DNA of 63,986 nucleotides, the filler included, from Lenisia limosa (Eukaryota > Protista > Breviatea): NCBI GenBank assembly GCA_001655205.1. It is 20 parts of 20 records of this genome, joined end to end, with 100 filler letters (N's around TTAATTAATTAA, not from the genome) between each part and the next. Parts side by side here need not be neighbours in the genome. Positions count along the whole stretch, not along the records: positions 20,697 to 25,343 come from LPNZ01010630.1; positions 25,444 to 31,280 come from LPNZ01009420.1; positions 31,381 to 33,518 come from LPNZ01010709.1; positions 33,619 to 40,797 come from LPNZ01009293.1; 16 more parts are not named here. One strand, 5' to 3'. Under the pieces are notes generated by a model. That model ran no database searches, was not told the origin of the DNA, and saw only the letters and a program-made list of their open reading frames with translations. The position numbers were made by a program, and so were the translations under genes. Numbering within the stretch: position 1 is the first letter of the stretch; each line of letters starts with the position of its first letter. Positions 23,815 through 36,779 of this stretch are shown piece after piece.

Positions 23815-25343
23815 CTAGCGACCAGAGTAAGGCCCTCTTCTACGTTGGTTGTAAGGGTCATAGTCTCCTCCCCTCCCCCTCTCATTTCTGTAGTCACGAT
23901 CTGGGGAGGGCGGTAAATGAAAATATAAGAACTCGTTTCGACCCATCAGAGGTTGAGGGGAGGGGGTATCAATTTGGAGAAACAGAAGAATGCGCAACAC
24001 CTCATTCAAAATATGGTCAACCCATCCACCCAGCCAGCAGACCTCTTGAGTAGCGGTCATCACGGATGCGACGGTTATCGAAGTAATCTTCACGGTCCAT
24101 TTGAGGCATCATCATCTGCATCATCGGGTTCATGTTCATCATCATCTGGCGCATTTGCATCTGGTACTGCATTTGCTGCTGTCTCATCATCATCATACTG
24201 TGCTTGTTTGGACACATTTTGGAGATGTGGCCGTAGCCTTGGCAGACAGCACATCTACATTATCAATTGAGTTCAACATTATGTATTAGGAGTTTATTGA
24301 TTAAAAATAAAATAAAAACTACCATATATCCCCCCCTCCCAAGGAAACAAGGACATTATTTTAGAAGAAAAAAAAAACCCCCCTCTTTTGGTATCAATCA
24401 TCCCTTGCACCCCTACACACCTGCCAGCAAGAAGCTTAGTAGGGCACTTCCCGGCAGTATGTCCAAAGCCACTGCAGACAAAACAGGTCGCATCGGTACC
24501 TGGTGAGAACAAGTGAAGATAAGAGATACACATTCTATGTAGTAACATATTATGTATAAATTTTATATCATAATCTATATGATACTAGTACCATATTATA
24601 CATACTTTGTTTTGAGCTCACCCCCCCCCCTCCTACCCTCCCATATACAAGTACTTACATTGTGTTTATTTTCAGTGGCGAGAAAACAGAAGCAGGTAAT
24701 AAAAAAATCCTCTATTTAGAATAGTACACATTATTTTTTGAGAACAGGGGTTACCCGGGTTATTTCCTGTGTTTGTTTTTACAATCACAGCATTTTCCAC
24801 CATACCGTCTGTAGCCGGGTTAGGTCGGCTTGAGCATGTGGATCTGACATGTCCGAGACCCTGGCAATTGTGACACTTCCTTCCTCCTTCCTAGATGGTG
24901 AATCAAGGCAATGGACACTGACAGGGAGGGTAACAAAAAGCGAAACGAAAAGATCGTGCAAAAAGAACAGTTCAGCATTAGCGTAGCATTAATGCAGGGT
25001 GCCAACACAGAAAATTGTCACGGATATCCGAACAAAAAGTTTCGGTGAAGTCATATTTTAACTACTTTTCTAGAATTCAAAGACGATTTCGATCAGTATG
25101 ACAATCACAAAATTTGCTCTCATGCTTCCAAAACAACCACTTTTATAACAACAGTAAATAAAAATCACACAGGTTACGCTCGCTTTTGGCTCTATTTGTA
25201 GTATATCCGAGCCAGTTTCTGGGTTTTGTTGCCCGGCTGACACCCCAGCAATACCAAGCCTTCCACATCCAATTGAGCATACCTCTTCAGTTCTGAGATC
25301 GGGGGATGAACACACCATGACTTTATGTCCCACGCCACCACAT
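23815..25343 (-). CDS. Multi-CCHC zinc-knuckle RNA-binding protein (CNBP/Gis2/Air-like), 5' truncated
   Basis: Four knuckles: CGGVGHKVMVC (partial), CHNCQGLGHVRSTC, CFVCSGFGHTAGKC and CAVCQGYGHISKMC. These are followed by an M/Q-rich stretch and an RG/RD-rich tail ending RRRGPYSGR*. Junctions are phase-consistent. Confidence 0.85.
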
Positions 25344-26045
25344 NNNNNNNNNNNNNNNNNNNNNNNNNNNNNNNNNNNNNNNNNNNNTTAATTAATTAAN
25401 NNNNNNNNNNNNNNNNNNNNNNNNNNNNNNNNNNNNNNNNNNNCGGAGTTGATTCGGGAGCACCCGATTGAGGATATCAGGGACCCGGGGAGAGCTTGGA
25501 AAGATGGAGGGAAGCGAAGGGCGAGGGAGTGCGGGAGGCTCGGATGGGGGTTCCCAATCTTTGTTGTGCATCACAACCTTGTGCTTCTGGGATCCTTTGA
25601 TTGTAATATTCAGACAATTGGAACGATATTGGGCTTTTGAGAACGGGGTGGAGGAATAGTTTGAAAACATCTGTGATTGAAAAATTCCCTTTCGTATTTA
25701 CTTTCATAACAATACTGCTTTAATCACCATTTTTTTAATAACAAAGAAAAAACCATCCCATTTTTGAATTATCCCAATATTGGGGGGGGGGGGCTAAATG
25801 CTCTNNNNNNNNNNNNNNNNNNNNNNNNNNNNNNNNNNNNNNNNNNNNNNNNNNNNNNNNNNNNNNNNNNNNNNNNNNNNNNNNNNNNNNNNNNNNNNNN
25901 CAAGATATTACTCCTTTATTTCAGTCTTACAACCACTTATGCTTGAGCTCTATGCAATTAATTCTCCCAAAAAAAAATATTGTGATATTGGATTAAAGTA
26001 TCTGAAAATTTATGATTAATTGTATCGAGTACAGAATTGTACCCG

Positions 26046-26230
26046 CTTACTTGGAGTGCTGACATCAACAAGCTCGACGTCGCTATCACTATCGCTGTCA
26101 CTATCCAAACTAATCACTAAAGTGATCAGCCCATCCAAATCAGTGACAATTGGTTTCAAATGCGTGAGACTAATCTCAAAAGAGCTCAAAAGTTGCTCTT
26201 TAATTCTGCGGAAAGAAAAGCGATTTCTTT
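26046..26230 (-). CDS. Hypothetical exon with acidic SD repeat
   Basis: NRFSFRRIKEQLLSSFEISLTHLKPIVTDLDGLITLVISLDSDSDSDSDVELVDVSTP|gtaag. Confidence 0.4.
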
Positions 26231-27267
26231 AACGAAATGCGATCAGACACAACCATACCATTTTGTTGTGGAAGCACATCTTGAGACTCTGGAGCATTCC
26301 ATTGCTAAAACTGTCAGTCCGTCGTCCCTTTCATGCTATTGTCCTGACATGCAAAGAACACTTCCTCTTCTTTGTTTTTCTAAATTTCTAATCGTATATA
26401 TATTATTTCTCTTTTCCAAAAAAAAATCCTATTGGTACGCCCCGTCATCTTTAGGGCATTGAATTAAATGTGAGATATACGAAACAAAATGAAACGAGCA
26501 AACAACCCATTCATCAGATATGTTTTGTGATTAAGAATAAAAAATAATTCAAAGCAGTTTTTGTATTCTTGCATCCCATCACATACCTGAGATGGAAACT
26601 GTGCCTGTGATTTTGACTTGGGGGTACACGCTAACTGATTATTTGAGTCCTAGAGAAGTAAAGCCGTTCTACAAAGCGGTGTCTGCTCAATAGTGGCTGT
26701 GGCTCTTGCACTTGTTACCAATAGAATTGGGGGGAATCATCTTCAACAAAAAGATAGAAACAACCCTTAATCTTACCGTTCTAAGAAGCTTTTTCTTTTT
26801 GGGGGCAGTTTCAAACTGCGAATACTGTCTCTTTAGTCGATCCATTGCAAGGGGTACTTCTTCTACACATGATCAGAATGAAACAGATGGTGGTATGTCT
26901 TGATAATTAGACAACACATCAAACAAGTCAAACGCAAGTCAATTTCCTAGTCAATCATACTTTTAAGTGTAAACAGCAAGGAGAAGGCTCATGAAAGAGG
27001 CAGGAAGAAAACTTTCAAAGGTTCAGAAGATGCAAATCTGATAACACGCTACATATTCACTCTAACTATATAATTTAAGGACAGCGGAATCAACATCAAT
27101 GCGAAGACCGAAGACGAAGAGGTTCCCTGAGTATATTTACATGGGGCTACTGAATGGCGGAGCATTATGCGGCGCGGGACAATGAAAGGGTATAAATACC
27201 CAGAGTGTTCTAATGGACACAATGTTGTTTGGCGAAATAGCCAAAAGCCGTTTCCAAGCGTGACAAA

Positions 27268-30200
27268 ATGACACAACCACCACCATCCCTTAAGGCAATC
27301 ACGCCCTACCTTGCTCGTGGTGGAGAGGTATGTAATAATTGGTCGCCTTTGGCACTAACCATTCTAGATTCAATCTCAGGACCCTTTAATGGCGTATTTC
27401 TGTAAGGACAAAGGGGGAAAATCACAATTTTTTAATCCTCCTTTTAGGTCGCTTTTTTGCACTCAAACAGGGTATTGCTGCAATGCAAGAAGGAGCTATT
27501 GATGAAGACGGCAAATCTTATTTGATGGAATTAATGTCTGCTGTCGAAGCGGTAAGAGGGTCTTTCAATTTACCATATTTGTCCTCTCTTCTCTCTTCCC
27601 TTTATACAGAAAAGTGACCCTGATACAGTAATGAAAGGGACAATATTTTTGATGTGTTTGGTAAGGTCCAAACAAAGTGTCTGTTAAAATCTCACAAAGA
27701 CTACTTGGAATCTCCTCCTTTTTTTTACTTTTCAGGAGAAGGGAGGGCTTGAAATTCCTGACGATTCGGATTGTCGGAAGCACATTGCTGAAGTCGCATT
27801 TAGAGTGGGATCAGGGGTAGATAACGGTTTCTATCTTGGGGTGGGAGGAAGAGGAGAGAGAGAACTCCCACTTTCAACGTAATCCATATTGGATTTGTTG
27901 ACAATTTTGAAACCCTCTATTTTGGTAAGAGTGGGCGAATTTGAAACTTTTGCTGTATTCTCGCAATCTAAAAATTGAACGAGGATACAGTTTTTTTTTT
28001 TTTTTTTTTTTTNNNNNNNNNNNNNNNNNNNNNNNNNNNNNNNNNNNNNNNNNNNNNNNNNNNNNNNNNNNNNNNNATATTTTTTGGAAACGAAATAAAA
28101 AATGTAAAGGTGGCAATTGAGATCGCTGAAGCTCTTTCATCAGAGACGAGATCACACCCAAAATTGACATTCCCTGATACTACCATAAAGCTGATACTAT
28201 ATTATTGCTTTGGTCAGATATTTTCAATTTCTTATTTCGTCATATTTGCTTGTTTACACTGTAGATTTTCAAGAAAGCTGATGACATTGATCGTTCTGGT
28301 CATGCCAACATGTATGATGGGGAGTGATGATCTGTAATTGGGCTTCACTTCGGTTCCAATACAAATTGAATTTATCGAGTTTTTAGGTCTTTTTTAAACT
28401 GAAATGAATCCCTAATTAGTATATACGTATTGAGTGTATGACGCACTGTTTTTGCCATATTGTTTATCATATGATATGATATATTGTGCAATTGTTCGAA
28501 GGAACAAAAATATAACTAGTGTTTGAACTGAATATAAGCTCTGGGTTTTGTTTGGTTTGGAAAATTGAAATATTGTTTTTGCGTTTATAAACAGGGGCAC
28601 GGCCAAGATGTTCTATGCGTCGTCAATCTTCATGGAAACTGTTCGACTTTATGGTGAAATGACTGATGATGTAGGAGGCGAAGATATGTTTGTGTAAAGA
28701 GCAATATGTCAAAAAAATTAATTTCAATTAACCCATCATATAATACTAGTATATAGTAATAGTATAATATATATTGGTGGGTTCATGATGTTTTTTTTTT
28801 GAAGCAAAAATCAATAACCAGCCAACAACCAACTCCATTTACGCCTCATGCTACAGATCACTGAGCGCCACAAATACGCCAAGTTCAAGACTGCCGATAT
28901 TCGTAAGGCAATTAAGGAAGGCCGCCAGCCCACCCCGGGACCCCCGGGCGCTGACCCGGTTTGCTCATCAAAATTAAAAGCTACAAAAATATCATTTCAT
29001 AGTGTACTATTAAATGTGGATATCAAATCAAGATATTGGTGTGATAGAGGTACTAAATAGTTTAGTAAGGGACACCATCGTATATATTAAGAAATGAGGG
29101 CTTATTGTGATGGAGAATTTTGGACCTTCTGACTTTTTAGCTCGAGGCTGAGTTTAACAGCATGATGGACCCTGCTGCTCCCTCTCCGGGTAGGGATTTT
29201 TGGATTAAACTCAAATTATCAAAGAAAAAGAAATGCGTACAGTGAAAGAAAAGAAATAATACTGCTGAACAAATATAAATAAACAGGTAAATAGGACTCG
29301 AATCTCTCTTGTCTTGCTCTAGCGCACATGGAATAACTTTGTTCAATGGATTAGTCTTTCCCAGCAAAATACATGTGTATTAGTTGACACTGCAGCCGCA
29401 TATCAACCACCCGTGTATGAGCCCGAAGACAACACTCCTCCCGCCCCCATGCCTTCCGCCTCCCAGCCTTCTGGTACTGATTTAGAGGATAAGAGAAAAT
29501 ACTTGGAGATGACATTATTCAAAGGGATGTGATAAAAGAAAACTATCATGTGTATATATGTATATATATATGATATATTTATATCATATACATATATCGT
29601 AGTATTATAATCAGTAATTCATTTTTAAAAAAAACAAACAATTACATTGAGCCGAGTGTGTTGTAGTAATAAAAACATCATGACTATGTAGAGTCCAACA
29701 TCTTGTATTTGGTACTCGGTTAAGATTGTGTTAAGAGTCTGGTTTAGACCTGTCTTAACGTTTCAGCTGCACAATGGACTCCTCCTGTCTATGAGCCCGA
29801 AGAGAAGCCCACTCCCAGTAAGCCCATCTTGTCAATTCTTCAACACGATGCTCTATTGTTATCCATCATGCCCTTCATTACCCCTCATTTTTTGCCCTGC
29901 ATTCCCTTCACTTTCTTCACTGTACCTATTTTATATCTTTCACTTGCCCATAATATCAATATTATATCGATTCCCTTCACTTTGCCCATTACTTTATCGA
30001 TTCATATCAATATCCTTCAGCGTATCCTGCCGCCAACGCCTACCCCGCTGCTCATAGCTACCAACCCGCTGCACCAAAAGTGCCAGCTGTACCGTACAAC
30101 CCCTCTGTATCTGCTCCAGCAGGTTTGTTGGGCCCCTTTTTCTTGAGCCCAGTATTTTGAAAAGTCAATTTTTGTTCAACCTTTTCACGTTACTTCACCA

Positions 30201-30491
30201 TATTATGATATCAGGCTCGCTATCGACAATGATAACAAGAACTACTTTGGAGAATTCTTGATATTCCATCATTTTAACAATTCTCCAATCGAAGAAGCCG
30301 TCCACACCATCACTTTTCCTATTCCTTTCATCACTTTCAAGATTGACCCCACAGGCAAACTAAGGAACGAGAACTACGAAGCTGGGCAGAAGTTCTGTAA
30401 GTTCGCAATCAGTGCCATGCAATTCGAAGACCCTGCCACCGCAATCAAGAACCTCAAACTGGCCCTGCATGAAATGGGCACTAATGTCTAG
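27268..30491 (+). CDS. VTA1: Vacuolar protein sorting-associated protein VTA1/LIP5 (ESCRT, Vps4 activator), complete, ~12 exons
   Basis: MTQPPPSLKAITPYLARG..DPLMAYFCRFFALKQG..IFKKADDIDRSG..KMFYASSIFM..KYAKFKTADIRKAIKEGRQPTPGPP (MIT domains), a proline-rich linker, then the VSL domain EAGQKFCKFAISAMQFEDPATAIKNLKLAL..*. Confidence 0.96.
28340..28414. mobile_element. Shortened family A copy in a VTA1 intron
   Basis: GGGCTTCACTTCGGTTCC...GAAATGAATCCCTA. Confidence 0.7.
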
Positions 30492-31017
30492 TTTTGTCTC
30501 TTTTTTTTTTTTGATACCTTTTCGTACCATAGATATTCTACGTTGTTTTGTTACTGAGGCAGCGTTCATTCAACAACCTTCCACTGTCTTTGTCCCCCCC
30601 CCCCCNNNNNNNNNNNNNNNNNNNNNNNNNNNNNNNNNNNNNNNNNNNNNNNNNNNNNNNNNNNNNNNNNNNNNNNNNNNNNNNNNNNNNNNNNNNNAGG
30701 TCTTCTTGCCTGTAGTAACTGATATTTTCCCTCTATCTGGAGGAATAAAAATTACTCAAATGTACTCAATTCTCCATTCATCCTAGATAAATAGCTCCGG
30801 AGTTATAATATCAGTCTTCATGCTAAATAAATACCCTTTCATTTTCCAATGAAGCTCTACGGCTGAAATTCAAAATGAAGCACTCCTTTTCTATCTCTCA
30901 TTTCCCATTCTATTCTCCTGGTGAAACAACCCAAATGGATGAAAAAGAATCGCTGCATTCCTCTTACAGGCGAGCAGGCCAATAGATAGATAAGAAACAA
31001 TAATAAAGGGTACCAAA

Positions 31018-31264
31018 TTAATTTTTGATGTTCTTGCGCCAGAAATGAATTTCCTGGATCAGGTAAGATCATCGGAACACTAGAGAAGTCCGTACACACC
31101 ATAAAGTTTATACGATGTGTTTGTTGATTACTACGAGAATATCGACTCTTTGTGCTCTTCAATCCCATCTTGAGCTCACCTGCTGCTTGTAGTAGCGCTT
31201 TTCATCCATGTCGAAGAGCACGATATTCAAGTAGTACTTCAGAGAGAACTTATTGTTGATTGAT
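31018..31264 (-). CDS. VPS26: Retromer subunit VPS26, last two exons
   Basis: SINNKFSLKYYLNIVLFDMDEKRYYKQQ|EIHFWRKNIKN* (exons 31264-31180 and 31053-31018) matches the VPS26 C-terminus NNKFSVKYYLNLVLxDExxRRYFKQQEIxLWR. Confidence 0.93.
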
Positions 31265-31497
31265 CTGGGGGGGGGGGGGGNNNNNNNNNNNNNNNNNNNN
31301 NNNNNNNNNNNNNNNNNNNNNNNNTTAATTAATTAANNNNNNNNNNNNNNNNNNNNNNNNNNNNNNNNNNNNNNNNNNNNCCACCATCCTGGTGATAACT
31401 GTATAGCTAACCGCACTGTTCATGTTATTGTCGATTCGGGTATGTGGGGCTGAGATACAGTGATTGGGATAAGTCTTGACCGATTTGCTATGTGATA

Positions 31498-31571
31498 TAC
31501 AGTGACCGTGATAACTCTTGACCGATTTGCTAATGATTGAAAATAGGTCAAGACTTGTCCTGGTCACTGTA
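31498..31571. mobile_element. Family D: 70-bp Tc1/mariner-type MITE
   Basis: TA|CAGTGACC..TCTTGACC...GGTCAAGA..GGTCACTG|TA: ~24-bp TIR (20/24) starting CAGTG with a TA target duplication. Partial copies at 31455-31490 and 33140-33205. Confidence 0.7.
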
Positions 31572-32372
31572 TATTCGATAGAATGATGTTAATTCGTGTG
31601 TGTAGTTGACAAGGGTATGAAGCGAAACCCTACTTCTGTGTTTCTACTCATTAGTGAATACCTCTCTTTTATATCAATAGAGTTATCATCGACCCATTGA
31701 TTGAGACCTTTTTCACTCATAATTTGTACCCATTGACTTCACCTTTTTGGCCTTTTTTTTGACCCAGTTTTCACCCATGATTTTTTGCGAGATTACCGAC
31801 CCTATTTTCACCCAGTAGGAATGGAGTCAGAAGTGATGCGCTTTGGATCCGGTGACGTATTTGGTTGGAAGGGGGCAAGATGAGATTATGAATTAGTGTG
31901 TGTGTTTGCGGTGTGGAGTGCTATGATAATATCTCTTTTTTCTTTTATACTATTGTATAAAGTAAGTCGTTTTGCTGTCGTTACAAGAGGGGAATGAAGA
32001 TAAAACCCATTTAGTTGAAGTATCGCCTTCATCATTATATATGTACCGTATCGATATAACCAGTACATAATTGCAATTTATCCGAAGTATCGCCATAATC
32101 ACTATTTAGCCGAGGTAGCCATCATATTCTATAAAATCTACGTAATTTTTACCCATATCCACGAATGATATGATCATATGACCGACTTTCAAGTCGAAAT
32201 GATGAACGAAGATAACACGAGGGTTCATCCCGAAAATATCAGAATATCATTGAGACTTGTCTGTCAATTATCATACGAGTGAATATGAGGTACCATATCA
32301 CTGCGTGGAAAATGATCCAAAAAGTGATATGATCACTATTTAGCCGAAGTATCGCCATCATCAGCAGTAACA

Positions 32373-33312
32373 GATTGTGAGGGCTTTGCCGTGTTCCACG
32401 ATCTCCGTCTCCTCCACTCCAACAGGAATGCTATGGTAGGGAGTGGGGCAACTAATGAAGTTTGGTCTGATATATGTAGCTAANNNNNNNNNNNNNNNNN
32501 NNNNTCACTTCGGTGCAAAAAAAGACCGAATGTCTCGATAAATTCTCGAAATCTATCGATATTTTAACGGTCTTTTTCAAACCGAAGTGAAGCCTTCATG
32601 ATATGCTATGGGGGGGGGGGCAAATTATGAGGGGTTAAGATATATGATGGTGGGGTAGATAGAGAAATACTATTGCGGTGCTGNNNNNNNNNNNNNNNNN
32701 NNNNNNNNNNNNNNNNNNNNNNNNNNNNNNNNNNNNNNNNNNNNNNNNNNNNNNNNNNNNNNNNNNNNNNNNNNNNNNNNNNNNNNNNNNNNNNNNNNNN
32801 NNNNNNNNNNNNNNNNNNNNNNNNNNNNNNNNNNNNNNNNNNNNNNNNNNNNNNNNNNNNNNNNNNNNNNNNNNNNNNNNTTCCAGGCCTCTCCGGTCGC
32901 GGACTCCTGCGTGTTAATAAGCAGTCTTGGCCTTATGTGGGAGGGTGGTCATTGTATGAAAGCATTGTTTGCTGGGAGTTGTTTGGCAATTGATTCGGTG
33001 AATTAACACAATACTATATTTCAATATCTCAAATCAGCGTGATGGTGTGGCTGATACAACCTTGTTTTATTCCTCATTTCTTGTTTTATCATACTATTAT
33101 GCTTTCATGGAATTGTGGGTCGGGTATATTGTATGTAGCTACAGTGACCGGGATAAGTCTTGACCGATTTTCCTTGGGAAATCACACGGTCAGGATTTAT
33201 CGGGTATTTACTATTGTTCTTCTTACTTTGCCCTTTATAGAAGTCCATGGAGATATCAGCCTCAGTACCCTCTCATATCATGGAAGGAGACACATTCGAA
33301 GTCCATACCAAA
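32373..33312 (+). CDS. Hypothetical multi-exon protein fragment
   Basis: Exon-like blocks DCEGFAVFHDLRLLHSNRNAM|ASPVADSCVLISSLGLMW.. and KSMEISASVPSHIMEGDTFEVHTK|. Confidence 0.35.
32505..32597. mobile_element. Family A MITE (A1)
   Basis: TCACTTCGGTGC...AACCGAAGTGAAGCC. Confidence 0.75.
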
Positions 33313-33620
33313 GTTTGTGTTGAACTCTTTTCTCCCGTTATAGTATATTTAGAAAAGAGAAATATAATAATAAGGTTGTATCTGGCCGAAACCATCTATC
33401 ACGCTTATCAGAGATATTGGATTGTATTATTAGTTCACCTATCATTCCCCAATCTACCATATGATAGATTCTAGATTAGTCTTACCGTACATAATTATGC
33501 ATATACAGTAGCTATACANNNNNNNNNNNNNNNNNNNNNNNNNNNNNNNNNNNNNNNNNNNNTTAATTAATTAANNNNNNNNNNNNNNNNNNNNNNNNNN
33601 NNNNNNNNNNNNNNNNNNCC

Positions 33621-36600
33621 CCAGCCTGAGCGGCCAGTTTTGACCATTGGGCCTGATGCAGGGTTGCCTTCGGGTCCGCCCTCAGACAAAGACGCCATCA
33701 ACGCTGCTGAACTCTGGGGTAGGCGTTGGTAGGTGAAAGGGTGAAAGGATGAAAAGATGAAAGAAGGCTCGGGCCGGTACTTCAGTTTGGAACTAAATAT
33801 ATCATATACAGTATCTTGGTACAATATTGATTTATCAGAAATCTACAAAAAGTTTAGTGATATTCTACTCATAATTATAGAGGTTGACGTGGATCTTCGA
33901 CCTGCTGCCGCCGCCCTTTCTGCCATTTTTATCCCGAGTGCTAAGGCCATCTTAGCGAACGTCAAAGCTGCCGTAAGTCTTTCACATCCTTTTGTAGACT
34001 GTGTTCATTTTATGTTTATTACACAATAAACATCACCTCATTCTCTTTATTTTACTGCATGTTGGAGTGAGAAATAATTCCCATTCGACAGGCTGGTGAT
34101 GAAGAAGTTCAGTTCTTCACGCAAATGTCTCTTACTGCCTCCTCGTTTACTGAACCAGCTGGAAAGACAATTTCCAACTTCTTTAAATCTGCTGATGGCC
34201 AAACCGGTTTGCTGATGATCCTCTGCTCCGTCTCTTTTATCTTGTTTTATTTGTTATTTGTTTTGTTTCCGAGCCTTTGATTGTGAAACTCTTCCCATAC
34301 CAACTCTCTATAATTTTGATTAAGATATCTTCAACACAGTACCCTTGGCCACTTCTCCTAGCAAGCCAAAGCCCAATCTTGATACCAAAAAGACCCCCAC
34401 GAAGCAGAAAGTTCAGCAAGACATTGATACTTTGGTGAATGAGACCAACGACAAGGACTTCACAGGTGGGGATTCTGTCATTATTCTGGTCGTTGTTCAC
34501 TTATACATACAATATTGTGTTTAAATTCTCAGTAAAAGAAGATATAATTCTGTGTAAAGGCTCCAAGACAGAAACTTAGAATCTCGTCTTGCCATTTGCT
34601 TGATTTGCTTTTTTTAAACCTGATTGATATTATGTGATTTTGTCTTTGTGTTTATCATGTGAAAGCGATATTCTCTGATGAAAACTATACAAGTTTTACA
34701 TTTTGTTCACGTCATGATAGGGGTCCTTCCACCTGGTTCGCCTATGACATGGTCGCAGGAAATCAGCCGACGCTTCGATACCAAACCTCTTACAGCCAAA
34801 CCCACGTGAGTGGACAAGTGTATTTTTTTGGAAAATTACTGTTGTATTTTTAATGCTATCAGTATCCATTTCCTCAAAGCATGATATAGAATATGCTTTT
34901 TTTTTGACCATTTGCTAAACTGATCAGGTACCTCGGGCAGTATGAAACAAAGGAGCCCATTGAGTCTACCATCGACTCTGATTTACCCGAAGAAGTACAG
35001 GCTGCTCTCAGAGTATGCTTCTACAAAATTCCAAATTTCTGAATATCGATATGTTTACCAAGTATTTCCAACTTTTTAGGAGGTGGAGAAGCGAACATGG
35101 TCGCAGGAACTCCAGGCTCGTTTTGAGTCAGAACCGCTGTCTCTTGCGGGCTTCATGTTTGATCCTTCTGCTTCAAAACCGAAGAAAAAAGCCCAGGCTC
35201 CCGGAGGTGGACAAATTGCCAACTTCTTCCCAATGGGCGAGTCATTAACGCAAATAGTTAGCCACGACGTTTTCTCTATCAGATCTTTTTTATTTCTTTC
35301 CTTAAAATTGTGACATTCCTCGTGTCATTTCGGTCATTTTCCTGAAGATGATCTCAACAATTTAACCACCAAGGTTGCGCAGCGATTCAATGACGCTCCC
35401 ATTGCTCCTCTTCTACCGATGCTTAACCCCCCTCCTCGAAGATACAAGACTAATAATCACATTTCATTTCAGCCACCTCCGCTCAAGGCCTCTACCAACA
35501 ACAATGACCATGCAAACGATGTTACTAATACAAGTGTCGCGTCTTCCGATGACTTTGAGCCAGATCAACGATCACCATCGCCTTCAATCCAGCAGACAAT
35601 GGATAATATTTTCGGCGGTAGTCAGAACACTATTCTCTCCGAACCCACATCACCTGTTATTCTCAAGCGATCAAGTGCGAGCATGCTGAAGGTCAAAGCA
35701 GAGTCATCCCAAAGATTCCGTTCCGACACTCAAAATTCAACTGGAGCTCCGATTTGTCCTGACCTGCTTGAGAGTGAAGAACCCTCACTTGAATCGATTA
35801 TGACCCAGGCTTGTCAAGGCAATACGAAAGGTTAGGGCTTTACCTATTTATTTCGACATCTTGAGGCACTGTATAGCTTTGTCAATGGGATTATTACATA
35901 TTTCTAACTTTTGTTCTCATATCAAAGCACATGAAATTAACATTGAGCAGATTCGTCATTGTCGTCTTCTGATGATGAAATGGTCGACGAGGGTAGGCTG
36001 AACCTCTTCTTTGGTCCGTATCAATATGCAATCAAATAACCTCCAGGAGACCAAATTCTTGGAGAAGGGCCGCTTCAAACAAGTGAGGGGTGAGTATGCG
36101 TCTGTTGTATAACAAAATGTATGTGTTAATTATAAATCTTATCTGAGATTGATTCTTTTTCGCTCCAATCATTTTCGATTCATTCATTGCAGTCCCCCAA
36201 CTTCCTCCACCCACTCTACCTGAAGTTACGCCTTCTTGGTCTCCACCCCAGTTACTACCCCGGGATCCACAGCCCCCAGCAACGTTTGTCTGGCGCCTTC
36301 TTATTCATTATCTTTCCTCTTTTGGTATTCCCTATCTTTGAACTATTGCATATTATGATCTCTATCATTTTTGTATTATTTTGGCCGTTCTTTGTTTGTC
36401 TAACTGTTTAGGAAGTCTGCCACTGTTCTTGGACCATCAGTGCTCAGGGTGAAGCAAGATAATTGGTTTGGGGATTAGAGAATATCATGCTTGTGAGACA
36501 GGTTTTTGGTTCACTGGCAATCACTCCATGTTATATGAGCCTTTAGTTTACCTTTTTTCAGCACTTCTTTCTAATAATTTCTTCTTTACTCTGAGTCTCA

Positions 36601-36779
36601 TCATTTTCATCCTCCGTCCCCCCACACCCATTTTTTCATGCTATTGAAGGGAGGGGCAATGTAGCCATGGATGGACCTCCCTCTTTTTTTTGATGCTTCA
36701 TTTCCCCTCATGTTCTAGGGCGGTAGATGTCAAAGATATTGACTGGGATGTTGTCAAGAGCCTCCCCAAGGACTTACAG
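33621..36779 (+). CDS. Large multi-exon hypothetical protein with internal repeats and a ubiquitin-binding-motif (UBM)-like segment
   Basis: Many phase-compatible exons (EVDVDLRPAAAALSAIFIP.., YLGQYETKEPIEST.., a 35348-35831 S/P-rich exon). Repeats TWSQEISRRFDTKPL / TWSQELQARFESEPL; exon AVDVKDIDWDVVKSLPKDLQ resembles UBM (IDxxVLxxLPxDI). Confidence 0.65.

Noticed and set aside
27268-31264. VTA1 and VPS26 tail-to-tail as an endosomal-sorting gene cluster
   Set aside because: A single pair of common trafficking genes in a gene-dense genome is compatible with chance; there is no third member or shared regulatory evidence.
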